NCBI GenBank assembly: GCA_005888295.1 | Contig: VAWP01000110.1 | Span: forward strand, 1 to 55,557 | Length of the DNA: 55,557 bases | Direction: 5' to 3' | Origin: Actinomycetota bacterium | GTDB taxonomy: Bacteria > Actinomycetota > Acidimicrobiia > Acidimicrobiales > AC-9 | Shown here: one piece after another, positions 1 through 12,608 of the stretch | How the letters are laid out: each line of letters starts with the position of its first letter | Numbering within the stretch: position 1 is the first letter of the stretch | Program-made: the position numbers and the translations under genes | Notes under the pieces: generated by a model | Databases searched by the model: none | Told to the model about the DNA's origin: nothing | Seen by the model: the letters and a program-made list of their open reading frames with translations, nothing else

Positions 1-1344
1 CGCCGCGCCCCCGTGGGCCCGGCCGGCGGCCTTCCGCACCGCGATCTGGCCCGGCTCCACCCGGTTCTGCTGGCCGGCGCCGACACCGACGGCCTGCCCC
101 CCGGCGACGAGCACGATGGCGTTGGACGAGGTGAAGGCGCAGATCCGCCAGGCCAGCTCCAGGTCACCCCACTGGGCCTCGGTGGGGGCGACCTTCGTCA
201 CGACCCGCCAGGCGTCCCGGCCGGCGGGAAAGTGGTCCGCCTCCTGCACCAGGTACCCCCCGTCGAGCCGGCGCAGCTCCCTGACGTGGGGTCCCGGCGG
301 TGGCGCCTCCAACACCCGCATGTTCTTGCGCTTGGCCACGAAGAGCTCGAGGGCGGCAGAGGTGTAGCCGGGCGCCACCATGACGTCGGCCATCGGGTTG
401 GCCACGATCTCGGCCGCCAGCTCCTCGCCGACGGGACGGTTCAGCGCCACGATCCCCCCGAAGGCCGACATCGGGTCGCACTCGAAGGCCCGCCGGTAGG
501 CGCCGGCGATGTCCTCCGCCACGGCCGCTCCGCAGGGGTTGGCGTGCTTCATGATGGCGACGGCGGGCGTGCCTCCCAGCTGGTGCACCAGCTGCCAGGC
601 GGCCTCGGCGTCGAACAGGTTGAGGTAGGAGAGCATCTTCCCGCTGTGCTGGACGGCGGCGTCCCACCACCCTCGGCCGCCGACGTCGCGGTAGCGCGCC
701 CCCTCCTGGTGCGGGTTCTCCCCGTAGCGGAGATCCTGCACGCGCTCCAGGGCCAGGTGGAGAGTCGGCGGCAGCTTGTGGGCAGGACCGCCGGCGCCTC
801 CGTCGTCGAGCCACCCGACGATGGCGGCGTCGTAGGCAGCAGTGTGGGCAAAGGCGGCGCGGGCAAGGCGACGACGCGTGTCGTCCGACAAGGCGCCGTC
901 CCGGCGGAGCTCGTCGAGCACGGGTCCGTAGTCGGCGGGGTCCACGATCACGCCCACGTGGTCGTGGTTCTTGGCCGCGGCGCGGACCATGCTCGGTCCA
1001 CCGATGTCGATCGTCTCGATCCCGGGGCGGGAGCGGAACGGGTAGAGGTTGCACACCACCAGGTCGACGGGCGTGATGCCCCGCCGGTCCAGGTCGGCGA
1101 CGTGGGCGGGGTTGCGTCGGTCGGCCAGGATGGCGCCGTGGATGCCCGGGTGCAGGGTCTTCACCCGCCCGTCGAGCATCTCCGGAGCACCGGTCACCGC
1201 CTCCACCGGCGTGGCGGGGATGCCCAGGTCGTCCAGGGCGGAGGCGGTGCCCCCACTCGCCACGAGCTCCCATCCCAGCTCGGACAGGCCACGCGCGAAC
1301 GCCGTCAGACCGGTCTTGTCGTACACCGACAGCAGGGCCCTCAT
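1..1344 (-). CDS. purH: Bifunctional AICAR transformylase / IMP cyclohydrolase PurH, 3' end cut by window edge
   Basis: Absent from the ORF track because it runs off nt 1. Hand translation from ATG 1344 stays open for 448 codons: MRALLSVYDKTGLTAFARGL..KTLHPGIHGAILA..IDIGGPSMVRAAAKNH..RYGENPHQ..MKHANPCG. ATGA overlap with the purN stop. Confidence 0.9.
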   Translation of the reverse strand, partial: MRALLSVYDKTGLTAFARGLSELGWELVASGGTASALDDLGIPATPVEAVTGAPEMLDGRVKTLHPGIHGAILADRRNPAHVADLDRRGITPVDLVVCNLYPFRSRPGIETIDIGGPSMVRAAAKNHDHVGVIVDPADYGPVLDELRRDGALSDDTRRRLARAAFAHTAAYDAAIVGWLDDGGAGGPAHKLPPTLHLALERVQDLRYGENPHQEGARYRDVGGRGWWDAAVQHSGKMLSYLNLFDAEAAWQLVHQLGGTPAVAIMKHANPCGAAVAEDIAGAYRRAFECDPMSAFGGIVALNRPVGEELAAEIVANPMADVMVAPGYTSAALELFVAKRKNMRVLEAPPPGPHVRELRRLDGGYLVQEADHFPAGRDAWRVVTKVAPTEAQWGDLELAWRICAFTSSNAIVLVAGGQAVGVGAGQQNRVEPGQIAVRKAAGRAHGGAA

Positions 1345-1919
1345 GTGGTCGGAATCCCCTTCGTCGCGATCACCTCGGCGATGGTGGCGGGGTAGAGCCG
1401 GCGCTCGACGTCCTTGATCCGCTCGTGCAGAGAGTCCACGGTGTCTCCGGGCAGCACGGGCACGGCCTCCTGGGCGAGGATCGGCCCGTCGTCGACCTCG
1501 AGCGTGGCCACGTGCACCGTGCACCCGGTGACCTTGACCCCGGCGGCGAGGGCCTCCTCGACCGCGTGCCACCCGCGGAAGGCGGGCAACAGGGCCGGGT
1601 GGGTGTTGAGGATCTGGCCGGGGTAGGCGTCGTGCACCGGCTTGTCCAGGATGGTGCCGAATCCCGCCATCACGACCAGCTCGACGCCATGGGCGCGCAG
1701 CACGTCGACGACCTGCTCGGTGTAGGCGACGCGGTCGAAGTCCTTGCCGAAGCTGGTGCGCTCGACGAGCTGGGCCGGCACCCCGGCGTTCGTCGCCACC
1801 TCGAGGGCCCGGCACGGCCGGTCCACCACGACCACGGCCACGGGCACGTCCGCCTCGAGGATGGCCTCGAGGTTGGTCCCGCTCCCCGACGCCAGCACCC
1901 CGACTCGCACCCCTCGCAC
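1341..1919 (-). CDS. purN: Phosphoribosylglycinamide formyltransferase
   Basis: 192-aa ORF MRGVRVGVLASGSGTNLEAIL.. with formyltransferase block NTHPALLPAFRG. Lies directly upstream of purH. Confidence 0.9.
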   Translation of the reverse strand: MRGVRVGVLASGSGTNLEAILEADVPVAVVVVDRPCRALEVATNAGVPAQLVERTSFGKDFDRVAYTEQVVDVLRAHGVELVVMAGFGTILDKPVHDAYPGQILNTHPALLPAFRGWHAVEEALAAGVKVTGCTVHVATLEVDDGPILAQEAVPVLPGDTVDSLHERIKDVERRLYPATIAEVIATKGIPTT

Positions 1920-1992
1920 GCTACCAGCGCGGCCCGTTCCGGCCGGTCATTGGCTCAACCCGGCCGGCCCGCGCGGGTGATCCGGCTCGGCG

Positions 1993-2880
1993 TCAGGCGA
2001 GCTTGTGCACCACCTCGACCATGAGCTCGCCGGCCTCGGTGGGGTTCTGGGCCACGATCGCTCCGGCCGCATCGAGGGCGTCCATCTTGGCCCTGGCCGT
2101 ACCCGACGAGCCGGAGATGATCGCACCCGCGTGTCCCATGCGCTTGCCCGACGGGGCCGTGACGCCGGCGATATAGGCGACGACCGGCTTGCTCATGTCC
2201 TTGGCCATGAACTCGGCCGCCCGCTCCTCCTCGGTGCCGCCGATCTCGCCGATCATCATCACCGCACGGGTCTCCGGATCGGCTTCGAACGCGGCAAGGC
2301 AGTCGATGAACCCGGTGCCGGGTACGGGATCCCCGCCGATACCCACGCAGGTGGTCTGGCCGACGCCCTGCAGGGACAGCTCGTTGAGCGCCTGGTAGGT
2401 GAGCGTCCCCGACCGGCTGACGATCCCGACCGGCCCGCCGGGCAGGGCGATGTCGCCCGACGTGATGCCGATGTTGCACTTCCCGGGCGAGATGATGCCG
2501 GGGCAGTTGGGTCCGAGCAGCCGGGACGCGGGGTGGTCCCGCCGCAGCTGGTTGTAGAGCAGCGCCTCGTCCTGGGCGGGGATGAACTCGGTGATGCAGA
2601 CGATGAAGGGAATGCCTGCGGCCGCCGCCTCGAGCGTCGCCGCGGGCGCGGCTCTGGGCGGCACCGAGACGAAGGAGGCGTTGGCCCCGGTCGCCGCCAC
2701 CGCCTCGGCCACGGTGTCGAAGACCGGTATGCCCTCGACGTCCTGGCCGCCCTTGCCCGGGGTGACACCGGCGACCACCTTGGTGCCGTAGTCGCGGTTG
2801 CGCAGCCCGTGGAAGCGGCCCTGGCCGCCGGTCAGTCCTTGGATGGCGACCTTGGTGTGCTCGTCGACGAAGATGCTCAC
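1993..2880 (-). CDS. sucD: Succinyl-CoA ligase alpha subunit
   Basis: 295 aa from GTG 2880 (GTGA overlap with the sucC stop): [43 protein letters not shown]. The ORF-track N-terminus up to 3771 is out-of-gene readthrough. Confidence 0.92.
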   Translation of the reverse strand: MSIFVDEHTKVAIQGLTGGQGRFHGLRNRDYGTKVVAGVTPGKGGQDVEGIPVFDTVAEAVAATGANASFVSVPPRAAPAATLEAAAAGIPFIVCITEFIPAQDEALLYNQLRRDHPASRLLGPNCPGIISPGKCNIGITSGDIALPGGPVGIVSRSGTLTYQALNELSLQGVGQTTCVGIGGDPVPGTGFIDCLAAFEADPETRAVMMIGEIGGTEEERAAEFMAKDMSKPVVAYIAGVTAPSGKRMGHAGAIISGSSGTARAKMDALDAAGAIVAQNPTEAGELMVEVVHKLA

Positions 2881-4034
2881 CTCGTCCCCCCCGCGCCCCC
2901 GGCCAGCTCCACTGCCTTGCGGGCGGCCTCCAGCATGGTCGGCAACGAGATCAGGCGATCGGACTGGTGATCGGCGAGCAGGGCCCGGCCCTCGGCGACG
3001 TTGGTGCCGTCGAGACGCATGGCGATCGGCGCCCGCAGCTTCACCCGGCCCAGGGCCTCGACGATGCCCTTGGCCACCTCGTCGACGCGGGTGATACCGC
3101 CGAAGATGTTGACGAGGATGGAGCGGACGTTGTCGTCGGTGTTGATGACCTCCAGGGCGTTGGCCATGACATCGGCGTTCGCACCGCCGCCGACGTCCAG
3201 GAAGTTGGCGGCCGACCCGCCGACCTGGTTCACCACGTCGAGCGTGCTCATGGCCAGCCCGGCGCCGTTGGCGATGATGCCCACTGTGCCTGACAGCCCG
3301 ATGTAGTTGAGCCCCTTCTCTCGAGCCAGACGTTCCCGGTCGTCGAGGTCCTGGAAGTTGGTGAGCTCGGCCCACTCCGGATGGCGGAAGGCTGCGCTCT
3401 CGTCGAGGGTCACCTTGGCGTCCAGAGCGTGGACCCGGCCGTCGGGGGTGAGGATCATCGGGTTGACCTCCACCAGCTCCGCATCGCCCTCGACGAAGCA
3501 GCGGTAGAGCTTGACCAACAGCTCGATGGCGCCCTCTCTCGCCTCCTTGTCCAGCCCGGCCCGGCCAACCAGGCTGGCCGCAGCCTCGGCCGTGAGCCCT
3601 TCGACGGGATCGATGTGGTGCCGGGCGATCGCGTCCGGCTCCTCGGCCGCCACCTGCTCGATGTCGACCCCACCCCGGCTCGACACCATGCCAAGGTGCA
3701 GCTTCGCCGAACGATCGAGCGTGAAGCTGGCGTAGTACTCCCTGGCGATGTCCGACGCGTGCTCGATCCACAGCCGGCGCACGACGTGGCCCTTGATGTC
3801 CATCCCGAGGATGGCCTCGGCGTGGCGCCGGACCTCGGCGGCGTCGCCCGCCAGCTTGATGCCGCCGGCCTTGCCTCGACCGCCCACCTGGACCTGCGCC
3901 TTCACCACGACGGGGTAGCCGGCCCGGTCGGCCTCGGCGACGGCCTCGTCGGCCGTGTCGGCCACGCCACCCGGTGACACCGGGATCCCGTAGCGGGCGA
4001 AGTACTGCTTGCCCTGGTACTCGAACAGGTCCAC
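2877..4034 (-). CDS. sucC: Succinyl-CoA ligase beta subunit
   Basis: 385 aa from GTG 4034, with purine-rich GAGAGAGG upstream: VDLFEYQGKQYFARYGIPV..VVKAQVQVGGRGKAGGIK..NIFGGITR. Confidence 0.92.
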   Translation of the reverse strand: MDLFEYQGKQYFARYGIPVSPGGVADTADEAVAEADRAGYPVVVKAQVQVGGRGKAGGIKLAGDAAEVRRHAEAILGMDIKGHVVRRLWIEHASDIAREYYASFTLDRSAKLHLGMVSSRGGVDIEQVAAEEPDAIARHHIDPVEGLTAEAAASLVGRAGLDKEAREGAIELLVKLYRCFVEGDAELVEVNPMILTPDGRVHALDAKVTLDESAAFRHPEWAELTNFQDLDDRERLAREKGLNYIGLSGTVGIIANGAGLAMSTLDVVNQVGGSAANFLDVGGGANADVMANALEVINTDDNVRSILVNIFGGITRVDEVAKGIVEALGRVKLRAPIAMRLDGTNVAEGRALLADHQSDRLISLPTMLEAARKAVELAGGAGGTR

Positions 4035-4056
4035 CTGGCTGCCTCTCTCGTCTGGT

Positions 4057-4482
4057 CTAGGTCTGGCTGCTCTCGGCTGCGGCCTCCCGCCGGTCGAGCT
4101 CGCCGGCCAGCCACTCGGAGATGGCAGGCAGCGGCGCACCGGGGGTGAAGACCTGGGCCACGCCGATCTCCTTCAGCTTGGGGATGTCGGCCTCGGGGAT
4201 GATCCCCCCGCACACCACGAGCACGTCGTCGGCACCGTGGGACCTGAGGGCCTCCATGATCTTGGGCACGAGGGTCAGGTGGGCGCCCGAGAGCAGGGAG
4301 AGCCCGACGGCGTCGGCGTCCTCCTGGATCACGGCCTGGACGACCTGGTCCGGCGTCTGGTGCAGGCCGGTGTAGATGACCTCGAACCCGGCGTCGCGCA
4401 GCGCACGAGCGATCACCTTGGCCCCCCGGTCGTGCCCGTCGAGGCCAGGCTTGGCCACGATGACGCGGTAGGGCCTGTTCAT
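4057..4482 (-). CDS. Stand-alone cobalamin-binding domain protein of the methylmalonyl-CoA mutase small-subunit type
   Basis: 141 aa; [34 protein letters not shown] carries the DxHxxG B12-binding signature. No catalytic mutase subunit is present in the window. Confidence 0.8.
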   Translation of the reverse strand: MNRPYRVIVAKPGLDGHDRGAKVIARALRDAGFEVIYTGLHQTPDQVVQAVIQEDADAVGLSLLSGAHLTLVPKIMEALRSHGADDVLVVCGGIIPEADIPKLKEIGVAQVFTPGAPLPAISEWLAGELDRREAAAESSQT

Positions 4483-4525
4483 CGGAGGGAATACTACGGC
4501 AGGCCGGTGCGGGGGCTGAGAAGCG

Positions 4526-6769
4526 TCAGGCCCGCTTGAGCGGGGCCCAGGCCAGCAGCAGCTGCTTCTCGCCGATGCCCGGGAACCGGATCGTGGCCTC
4601 CGACTTGTCTCCGGTGCCGCGCAGCTCGAGGACGACGCCCTCTCCCCACTTGCCGTGCACGACGTCGTCGCCGACCTTCAGGCCCAGCCGCTCGGCGCCC
4701 GTCGTCCGCGCCGGGCTGGTACGCCCCGCCCGGCGGGCCTCCTCGACGAGGGCGTCGCGGCCCCTGGTGCCCGAACGGCCGGCGCCGTTGCTCGAGCTCG
4801 TCGGGGCGCCGTTCCCCGCCGCCCGGAGCAGCATCTCGGGGACCTCCTTGAGGAAGCGGCTGGGCGGGTTCCACTGGACCGAGCCCCACAGTCCCCGGCA
4901 GGTGGCGTGGGACAGGTGGAGGTACTCGCGGGCCCGGGTCATGCCGACGTAGCACAGCCGGCGTTCTTCCTCGAGCTCGTCCGGCTCGCCCAGGGCCCGC
5001 ATGTGCGGGAACACGCCCTCCTCCATGCCGACCATGAACACCGCCGGGAACTCGAGGCCCTTGGCCGTGTGCAGGGTCATCAGGGCGACCCGCGAGTCGT
5101 CGTCGTCAAGATCGTCGGCGTCGTTGACCAGCGCCACGGCCTCGAGGAAGGCGGCGAGCTCCTCGTGCTCGCTGGCCACGCCGACCAGCTCGGCCAGGTT
5201 CTCGAGCCTCCCGGTCGCTTCGAGGCTGTGCTCGGCCTCCAGGTCGGCCCGGTAGCCGGTGAGCTCCAGCACGGCCTCGAGCACGACAGCCGGGTTGGTG
5301 CTGGAGACGTCACCATCGGCCCCGCTGCGCAAGCGCTCGAGCAGCTGGAGCAGGCTGCGGACCCCGGCGGCCGCCTTCCCCGCGACACCGGCCCGGTCGG
5401 CCTCGGCGAGGGCGGCGCCAAAGGTCGTTCCGTGGGCCGAGGCCCACGCCTCGATGCGCCGGACGCTCGTGTCCCCCACCCCGCGGCGGGGGACGTTGAC
5501 GATGCGCCGGAAGGAGACCTCGTCGTCGGGGTTCACCAGGACGCGCAGGTAGGCGAGCACGTCCTTGACCTCGCGCCGGTCGTAGAAGCGTGGCCCGCCG
5601 ACGACGACGTAGGGGACGTTCCGGCGGACGAGCTCCTCCTCGACCACCCGGCTCTGGGCGTTGGTGCGGTAGAACACGGCGACGTCGCCCCACCGGCACC
5701 GCCCGCTGCGGTGCAGACGCGCCATCTCCTCGGCCACCCAGAAGGCTTCGTCCCGCTCGTCCTCGGCCTGGTAGTAGGAGATCCGCTCGCCGCCCAGCCG
5801 CTCAGTCCGCAGGACCTTGGGCTTGCGCATCATGTTGTTGGAGATGACGGCGTTGGCCGCGTCGAGAATGGTCTGTGTGGAGCGGTAGTTCTCCTCCAGC
5901 AGCACGACCGTGGCGTCCGGGAAGGCCTTCTCGAACTCCAGGATGTTGCGGATGTCCGCCCCCCGGAAGCGGTAGATGCTCTGGTCGGTGTCCCCCACCA
6001 CGAAGACGTTGCCGTGGCCCTGGCCCAACAGCAGGATCAGCTCGTTCTGGGCGCGGTTGATGTCCTGGTACTCGTCCACGAGGATGTGGGCGAACCGGCG
6101 CTGGTACTCCTCGATCACCTCGGGGTGGCTCTGGAACAGGTTGACCGTGACCATGAGCAGATCGTCGAAGTCCATGGCGCTGGCGGCCAGGAGCCGCTGC
6201 TGATAGTCGCGGTAGACCTCGGCGATCCGCTCTTCCTTGACGTTCATCGCCCGGGCCGAGTAGGTCTCGAAGTCGACCAGCTCGTTCTTGGCGTTGCTGA
6301 TGGCGGCGTGCACGGCTCGCGGAGGAAAGCGCTTGGGGTCGAGGTCGAGGTCGCGCAGCACGTAGCCGGTGAGCCGCACGGCGTCCGCCTCGTCATAGAT
6401 CGTGAACGACGACCGGTAGCCGAGCTTGTCGGCGTGGCGGCGCAGGATCCGCACGCACGCCGAGTGGAACGTCGACACCCACATCCGCTCGGCCACGGGG
6501 CCGACGAGGGCGGCGACCCGCTGGCGCATCTCGTCGGCCGCCTTGTTGGTGAAGGTGATGGCGAGCAACCGGAACGGCGACACGTCGCGCGCCGCGATCA
6601 GGTGGGCGATGCGTCGGGTGAGCACCCGGGTCTTGCCCGAGCCGGCGCCGGCGACCACCAGCAACGGACCGTCGCCGTGCAGCACGGCGCGACGCTGGGC
6701 CGGGTTGAGCCCGGCCAGCAGCTCGTCCTCCCCCGGCCGATCCGCCCCGGCCCTGGCCGACTCGCTCAT
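4526..6769 (-). CDS. pcrA: ATP-dependent DNA helicase PcrA/UvrD family
   Basis: SF1 helicase motifs [58 protein letters not shown]. Start placed at the internal Met (MSESARAG..). Confidence 0.9.
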   Translation of the reverse strand: MSESARAGADRPGEDELLAGLNPAQRRAVLHGDGPLLVVAGAGSGKTRVLTRRIAHLIAARDVSPFRLLAITFTNKAADEMRQRVAALVGPVAERMWVSTFHSACVRILRRHADKLGYRSSFTIYDEADAVRLTGYVLRDLDLDPKRFPPRAVHAAISNAKNELVDFETYSARAMNVKEERIAEVYRDYQQRLLAASAMDFDDLLMVTVNLFQSHPEVIEEYQRRFAHILVDEYQDINRAQNELILLLGQGHGNVFVVGDTDQSIYRFRGADIRNILEFEKAFPDATVVLLEENYRSTQTILDAANAVISNNMMRKPKVLRTERLGGERISYYQAEDERDEAFWVAEEMARLHRSGRCRWGDVAVFYRTNAQSRVVEEELVRRNVPYVVVGGPRFYDRREVKDVLAYLRVLVNPDDEVSFRRIVNVPRRGVGDTSVRRIEAWASAHGTTFGAALAEADRAGVAGKAAAGVRSLLQLLERLRSGADGDVSSTNPAVVLEAVLELTGYRADLEAEHSLEATGRLENLAELVGVASEHEELAAFLEAVALVNDADDLDDDDSRVALMTLHTAKGLEFPAVFMVGMEEGVFPHMRALGEPDELEEERRLCYVGMTRAREYLHLSHATCRGLWGSVQWNPPSRFLKEVPEMLLRAAGNGAPTSSSNGAGRSGTRGRDALVEEARRAGRTSPARTTGAERLGLKVGDDVVHGKWGEGVVLELRGTGDKSEATIRFPGIGEKQLLLAWAPLKRA

Positions 6770-6791
6770 CTCGTGGCCACCATACCGGTGG

Positions 6792-8354
6792 TCACTCCCA
6801 CTCGATGGTGCCGGGAGGCTTGGACGTGACGTCGAAGGCCACCCGGTTGACCCCGGCGACCTCACCGATGATGCGGCTCGAGAGCCGCTCGAGGAGGTCG
6901 TAGGGCAGCCGGGCCCAGTCCGCGGTCATGGCGTCATCCGAGGTGACGGCGCGGATGACCACCGGGTAGGCGTAGGTCCGCTCGTCGCCCATCACACCGA
7001 CCGTGTGGACGGCCGGCAGCACGGCGAAGCTCTGCCACAGGCTGCGGTACAGGCCGGCCCGTTTCACCTCCTCGAGGACGATGGCGTCGGCGGCCCGCAG
7101 CAGCTCGAGGCGCTCGGGGGTCACGGCGCCGACGATCCGCACCGCCAGCCCCGGACCGGGGAAGGGCTGACGCCACACGATCTCCTCGGGCAGCCCGAGC
7201 TCCTCGCCCACGGCCCGCACCTCGTCCTTGAACAGGGAGCGAAGGGGTTCGATCAGCTCGAGGTTCATCTCGGCGGGAAGGCCGCCCACGTTGTGATGCG
7301 ACTTGATCCTCGCCGCGTCCTCGGTCCCGGACTCGATGACGTCGGGGTACAGCGTTCCCTGGACGAGGAAGCGGGCGTTGTCGACGTCGGCGGCCACCTC
7401 CTCGAAGACCCTGATGAACGTGGCCCCGATGGCCTTGCGCTTCTCCTCGGGCTCCACGACCTCGTGCAGCGCCTCGAGGAACCGGTCGCCCGCCTTGGCC
7501 CGCACCAGGTCGATCTGGAACTGGCCCCGGAACGTGTCCTCCACCTGCTCAGCCTCGCCCGCCCGCATGAGGCCGGTGTCGACGTACACACAGGTCAGCT
7601 GGGAGCCGATGGCCTTGTGGACCAGGGCGGCGGCGACGCTCGAGTCCACCCCTCCCGAGAGGGCGCACAGCACGCGGTCGGACCCGACCTGGGCCTGGAT
7701 GGCCTGCACCGAGGCCTCGATGATCGACGTGCGGGTCCAGTTGGGACGGCAGCCGCAGACGTCGTACAGGAACCGCTTGAGGATCTCCTGACCCCGAGCG
7801 GTGTGGACGACCTCGGGGTGGAACTGGACGCCGTAGAGCCGGCGGCCCCGATGCTCGAAAGCAGCCACGGGGGCATCGGGAGCGCGCGCCGTGGCGACGA
7901 AGCCGTCCGGCGTGGTCGCTATGGCATCGAAGTGGCTCATCCACACGTCCTGGGTGTCGGGCTGATCGGCGAAGAGCAGCGACGACGCCAGCAACGTCAG
8001 AGGCGTGCGCCCGTACTCGCCCCGGCCCGTTCGGGCGACCGAGCCCCCGAGCTGGTGGGCCAGCAGCTGGGCGCCGTAGCAGATCCCGAGGACCGGTACC
8101 CCGGAGTCGTAGACCTCGGGATCGATGGCCGGCGCGGATTCGACGTGCACGGACTTGGGACCGCCCGAGAGGATGATGGCCTTCGGTCGGCGGGCCAGCA
8201 TCTCCGCCACGGGCATGGTGTGGGGAACGATCTCCGAGTAGACGTGGGCCTCGCGCACGCGGCGGGCGATGAGCTGGGCGTACTGGGCCCCGAAGTCGAC
8301 GACCAGGACCGTGTCGAAAGCCGGGTCACCCGCGAGGGGACCCGTCGAGCTCAA
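6792..8354 (-). CDS. guaA: GMP synthase (glutamine-hydrolysing)
   Basis: 520 aa: GICYGAQLL (GATase), SGGVDSSV (PP-loop), C-terminal KPPGTIEWE. Only plausible start is TTG 8354, overlapping the guaB3 stop (TTGA). The ORF-track extension to 9275 is readthrough. Confidence 0.9.
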   Translation of the reverse strand: MSSTGPLAGDPAFDTVLVVDFGAQYAQLIARRVREAHVYSEIVPHTMPVAEMLARRPKAIILSGGPKSVHVESAPAIDPEVYDSGVPVLGICYGAQLLAHQLGGSVARTGRGEYGRTPLTLLASSLLFADQPDTQDVWMSHFDAIATTPDGFVATARAPDAPVAAFEHRGRRLYGVQFHPEVVHTARGQEILKRFLYDVCGCRPNWTRTSIIEASVQAIQAQVGSDRVLCALSGGVDSSVAAALVHKAIGSQLTCVYVDTGLMRAGEAEQVEDTFRGQFQIDLVRAKAGDRFLEALHEVVEPEEKRKAIGATFIRVFEEVAADVDNARFLVQGTLYPDVIESGTEDAARIKSHHNVGGLPAEMNLELIEPLRSLFKDEVRAVGEELGLPEEIVWRQPFPGPGLAVRIVGAVTPERLELLRAADAIVLEEVKRAGLYRSLWQSFAVLPAVHTVGVMGDERTYAYPVVIRAVTSDDAMTADWARLPYDLLERLSSRIIGEVAGVNRVAFDVTSKPPGTIEWE

Positions 8355-9517
8355 GGGTGCCCCATGCCGACGCCCTGGGACCGCTGGGCCGCCTTGCCCT
8401 CGGTCTGCAGCGCCGGTGCCACCATGACCTCGGCCTTCTGGAACTCCTTGACCGTCTCGTAGCCGGTGGTCGCCATCGAGGTGCGCAGGGCGCCGAAGAG
8501 GTTGAAGCGGCCGTCGTTCTCGTGCGCGGGCCCCTGGAGGATCTCGCTCAGCGTCCCACGCACGCCGGTGCGGATCCGGGCACCCCGCGGCAAGGAGGGG
8601 TGGAACGTGGCCATGCCCCAGTGGTAGCCGCGGCCGGGCGCCTCGTTGGCGGCGGCGAGGGGCGAGCCGAGCATCACGGCGTCGGCCCCGCAGGCGATCG
8701 CCTTGGCCACGTCGCCGCCGCGGCTCATGCCGCCGTCGGCGATGACGTGGCAGTACACGCCGGTCTCGTCGAGGTGGCGGATGCGCGCCCCGGCACCGTC
8801 GGCGATGGCCGTGGCCTGAGGGACGCCCACGCCCAGCACGCCGCGACTGGTGCAGGCGTTGCCCGGCCCCACACCCACCAGGATCCCCACGGCGCCGGTG
8901 CGCATCAGGTGCAGGGCCGCCTGGTAGGACGCACAGCCCCCGACGATCACGGGGATCTCGAACTCGCGGATGAAGCGCTTGAGGTTGAGCGGCTCGGTGG
9001 TCTTGGACACGTGCTCGGCCGACACGACCGTCCCCTGGATCACGAGCAGGTCGAGCTCGGCCTCCAGGATGGCCGGCGCCAGGCTCCGCGTCCGCTGCGG
9101 GGTCACCGCCGCGCAGGAGACGACCCCGGCGCTCTTGATCTCCCGGATGCGCTCGGTGACCAGCTCGGGCTTGATGGGCTCGGTGTAGATCTGCTGCATG
9201 CGGGCCGTGGCCTTGTCGTCGTCGAGGCGGGAGATCTCCTCGAACAGCGGCTCGGGGTCCTCGTAGCGGGTCCACAGGCCCTCGAGGTTGAGCACGCCGG
9301 TCCCGCCCAGCTGGCCCACCTGGACGGCGATGGCCGGGCTCGTGACGCCGTCCATTGCCGCGGCCATCAGGGGGAGCTCGAACCGGTAGGCGTCGATCTC
9401 CCAGGAGATGTCCACGTCCTCGGGGTCGCGGGTCCGCCGGCTGGGGACGATGGCGATGTCGTCGAACCCGTACGCCCGCCGACCCGACTTGCCGATGCCG
9501 ATCTCGACCTCAGCCAT
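8351..9517 (-). CDS. guaB3: IMP dehydrogenase-related protein, GuaB3 type
   Basis: 388 aa: [32 protein letters not shown].., TIM-barrel IMPDH-like blocks GVGPG..C.SR and IADGGM, no CBS pair. Sits adjacent to guaA, as in actinobacteria. Confidence 0.8.
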   Translation of the reverse strand: MAEVEIGIGKSGRRAYGFDDIAIVPSRRTRDPEDVDISWEIDAYRFELPLMAAAMDGVTSPAIAVQVGQLGGTGVLNLEGLWTRYEDPEPLFEEISRLDDDKATARMQQIYTEPIKPELVTERIREIKSAGVVSCAAVTPQRTRSLAPAILEAELDLLVIQGTVVSAEHVSKTTEPLNLKRFIREFEIPVIVGGCASYQAALHLMRTGAVGILVGVGPGNACTSRGVLGVGVPQATAIADGAGARIRHLDETGVYCHVIADGGMSRGGDVAKAIACGADAVMLGSPLAAANEAPGRGYHWGMATFHPSLPRGARIRTGVRGTLSEILQGPAHENDGRFNLFGALRTSMATTGYETVKEFQKAEVMVAPALQTEGKAAQRSQGVGMGHP

Positions 9518-9625
9518 CTGCGCTCCTCACGACTCAGGGAAGCCTCAAGATTACAGCGGTGAAGTCCCGACCAGGCGGCTCCGCACGCCGATCTTCCCGG
9601 GCGGCTCGGCCGGGCCTGCCCGGCC

Positions 9626-10303
9626 TCAGGCCGCGCCGACCACCAGCTCCAGGAGCTCCATGAGGATGCGGGCCGTGGCGCCCCACACCGTCTCGTCGGC
9701 GAGCTCGAAGAAGTGCATGGGCCGGTCCTCGAGCCCGGGCAGGTCCCAGCGCTCCTCGCGGTACACGCCGTCGGAGACCAGCTCGGCCAGGCTGACGTCG
9801 AAGATGCGGGCCACCTCGGCGGGGTTGGGGGCGAGGGGGGGTCGCCGCCCGAGCGCCCCGACGAAGGGGGTGATCCTCGATCCGCTCGACACGGTCTGCA
9901 GCGGGGCGAGCGACCCGAGGATCTCCACCTCGGCGGGATCGAGCCCGACCTCCTCGTGGGCCTCCCGGAGCGCACCGGCGACGGGCTCCTCTCCCGGCTC
10001 CAGCCGCCCACCCGGGAAGGCGACCTCGCCGGTGTGCGACCGGAGGTGGGCGGCGCGCCGGGTGAGGACGACCCGCGCCTCACGCGCCTCCTCGAACAGC
10101 GGCACCAGGACCCCGGCCTCCCTGGCCGACGCCACCTCCAGCCCCGTGACGGGCTCGGACGTGGCCGGACCCTGGAGCTCGAGCGACGCCCGCACCCGCT
10201 CCATGGTGACGCCCCTGGTGGCATCAGGGCCGAGGTCCGCCCACGGCGGCGGCGCGCCCGGGCGGGCTCCGGCGGGACGGGGAATCAGCTGCTGGCCGGG
10301 CAC
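9626..10303 (-). CDS. Nudix hydrolase, CoA pyrophosphatase type
   Basis: Nudix box GEVAFPGGRLEPGEEPVAGALREAHEEVGL, preceded by LTRRAAHLRSH. The true start may be the internal Met at 10204. Confidence 0.75.
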   Translation of the reverse strand: MPGQQLIPRPAGARPGAPPPWADLGPDATRGVTMERVRASLELQGPATSEPVTGLEVASAREAGVLVPLFEEAREARVVLTRRAAHLRSHTGEVAFPGGRLEPGEEPVAGALREAHEEVGLDPAEVEILGSLAPLQTVSSGSRITPFVGALGRRPPLAPNPAEVARIFDVSLAELVSDGVYREERWDLPGLEDRPMHFFELADETVWGATARILMELLELVVGAA

Positions 10304-10310
10304 CCTTCGG

Positions 10311-10496
10311 CTAGCTCGCCACCGGGCGGCCCTCGACCAGCGCCTCCAGCAGCTCGCGCAGGCCCCCGGTCTTGAGGTTGCTCATGACCCGGCCCGGCGG
10401 TGTCTCGGCCCGCTCCCACTCCATCCAGAAGCCCAGGAGCTTGGCGGGATCGGGCGGCGGCCGGGGGTCCATGTCGGCAGAATCTAGCGGTGGCAT
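10311..10496 (-). CDS. Small hypothetical protein (61 aa)
   Basis: An ORF only; it is co-directional and tightly packed between groEL and the Nudix gene. I recognise no motif. Confidence 0.3.
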   Translation of the reverse strand: MPPLDSADMDPRPPPDPAKLLGFWMEWERAETPPGRVMSNLKTGGLRELLEALVEGRPVAS

Positions 10497-10499
10497 GCA

Positions 10500-10527
10500 G
10501 ACGGCCGGGCCCTCGGGCCCGGCCGTC
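10500..10527 (-). terminator. Perfect 12-bp-stem hairpin downstream of groEL
   Basis: GACGGCCGGGCC-CTCG-GGCCCGGCCGTC, 23 nt after the groEL stop. No U-tract follows. Confidence 0.45.
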
Positions 10528-10549
10528 GGCTACGCGGGTACCGCAGGGG

Positions 10550-12476
<1,927 letters not shown>

Positions 12477-12520
12477 CTCCGCAGGCCTCCCTTTGGCACG
12501 GGTGTTGGCTTCCGTGCTGC

Positions 12521-12547
12521 TTAGCACTCTCAGATGTCGAGTGCTAA
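12521..12547 (-). promoter_or_regulatory. CIRCE operator (HrcA binding site)
   Basis: Perfect TTAGCACTC-N9-GAGTGCTAA (TTAGCACTCTCAGATGTCGAGTGCTAA), 45 nt upstream of the groES ATG. Confidence 0.85.
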
Positions 12548-12575
12548 CCCTAGCGACGGGCCCGTCGGCACGCAA
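12547..12575 (-). promoter_or_regulatory. Putative groES promoter
   Basis: On the minus strand: TTGCGT, 17-nt spacer, TAGGGT, with the -10 abutting the CIRCE element. Confidence 0.45.
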
Positions 12576-12608
12576 CCCCGCACCTCCGCCCGCGGGGCCG
12601 GCGGCGGC

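Noticed and set aside
950-1010. A possible further in-frame deletion in purH (only 8 residues, RSRPGIET, between NLYPF and IDIGGP, where I recall about 17-20 in some orthologs).
   Set aside because: This linker is variable in length among PurH proteins and my recollection is not firm. I cannot distinguish it from natural variation without an alignment.
12491-12520. A second CIRCE-like element (TTGGCACGG ..10 nt.. CCGTGCTGC) between the perfect CIRCE and groES.
   Set aside because: Only about 5-6 of 9 positions match per half-site and the spacer is 10 rather than 9 nt. This is too degenerate to call.
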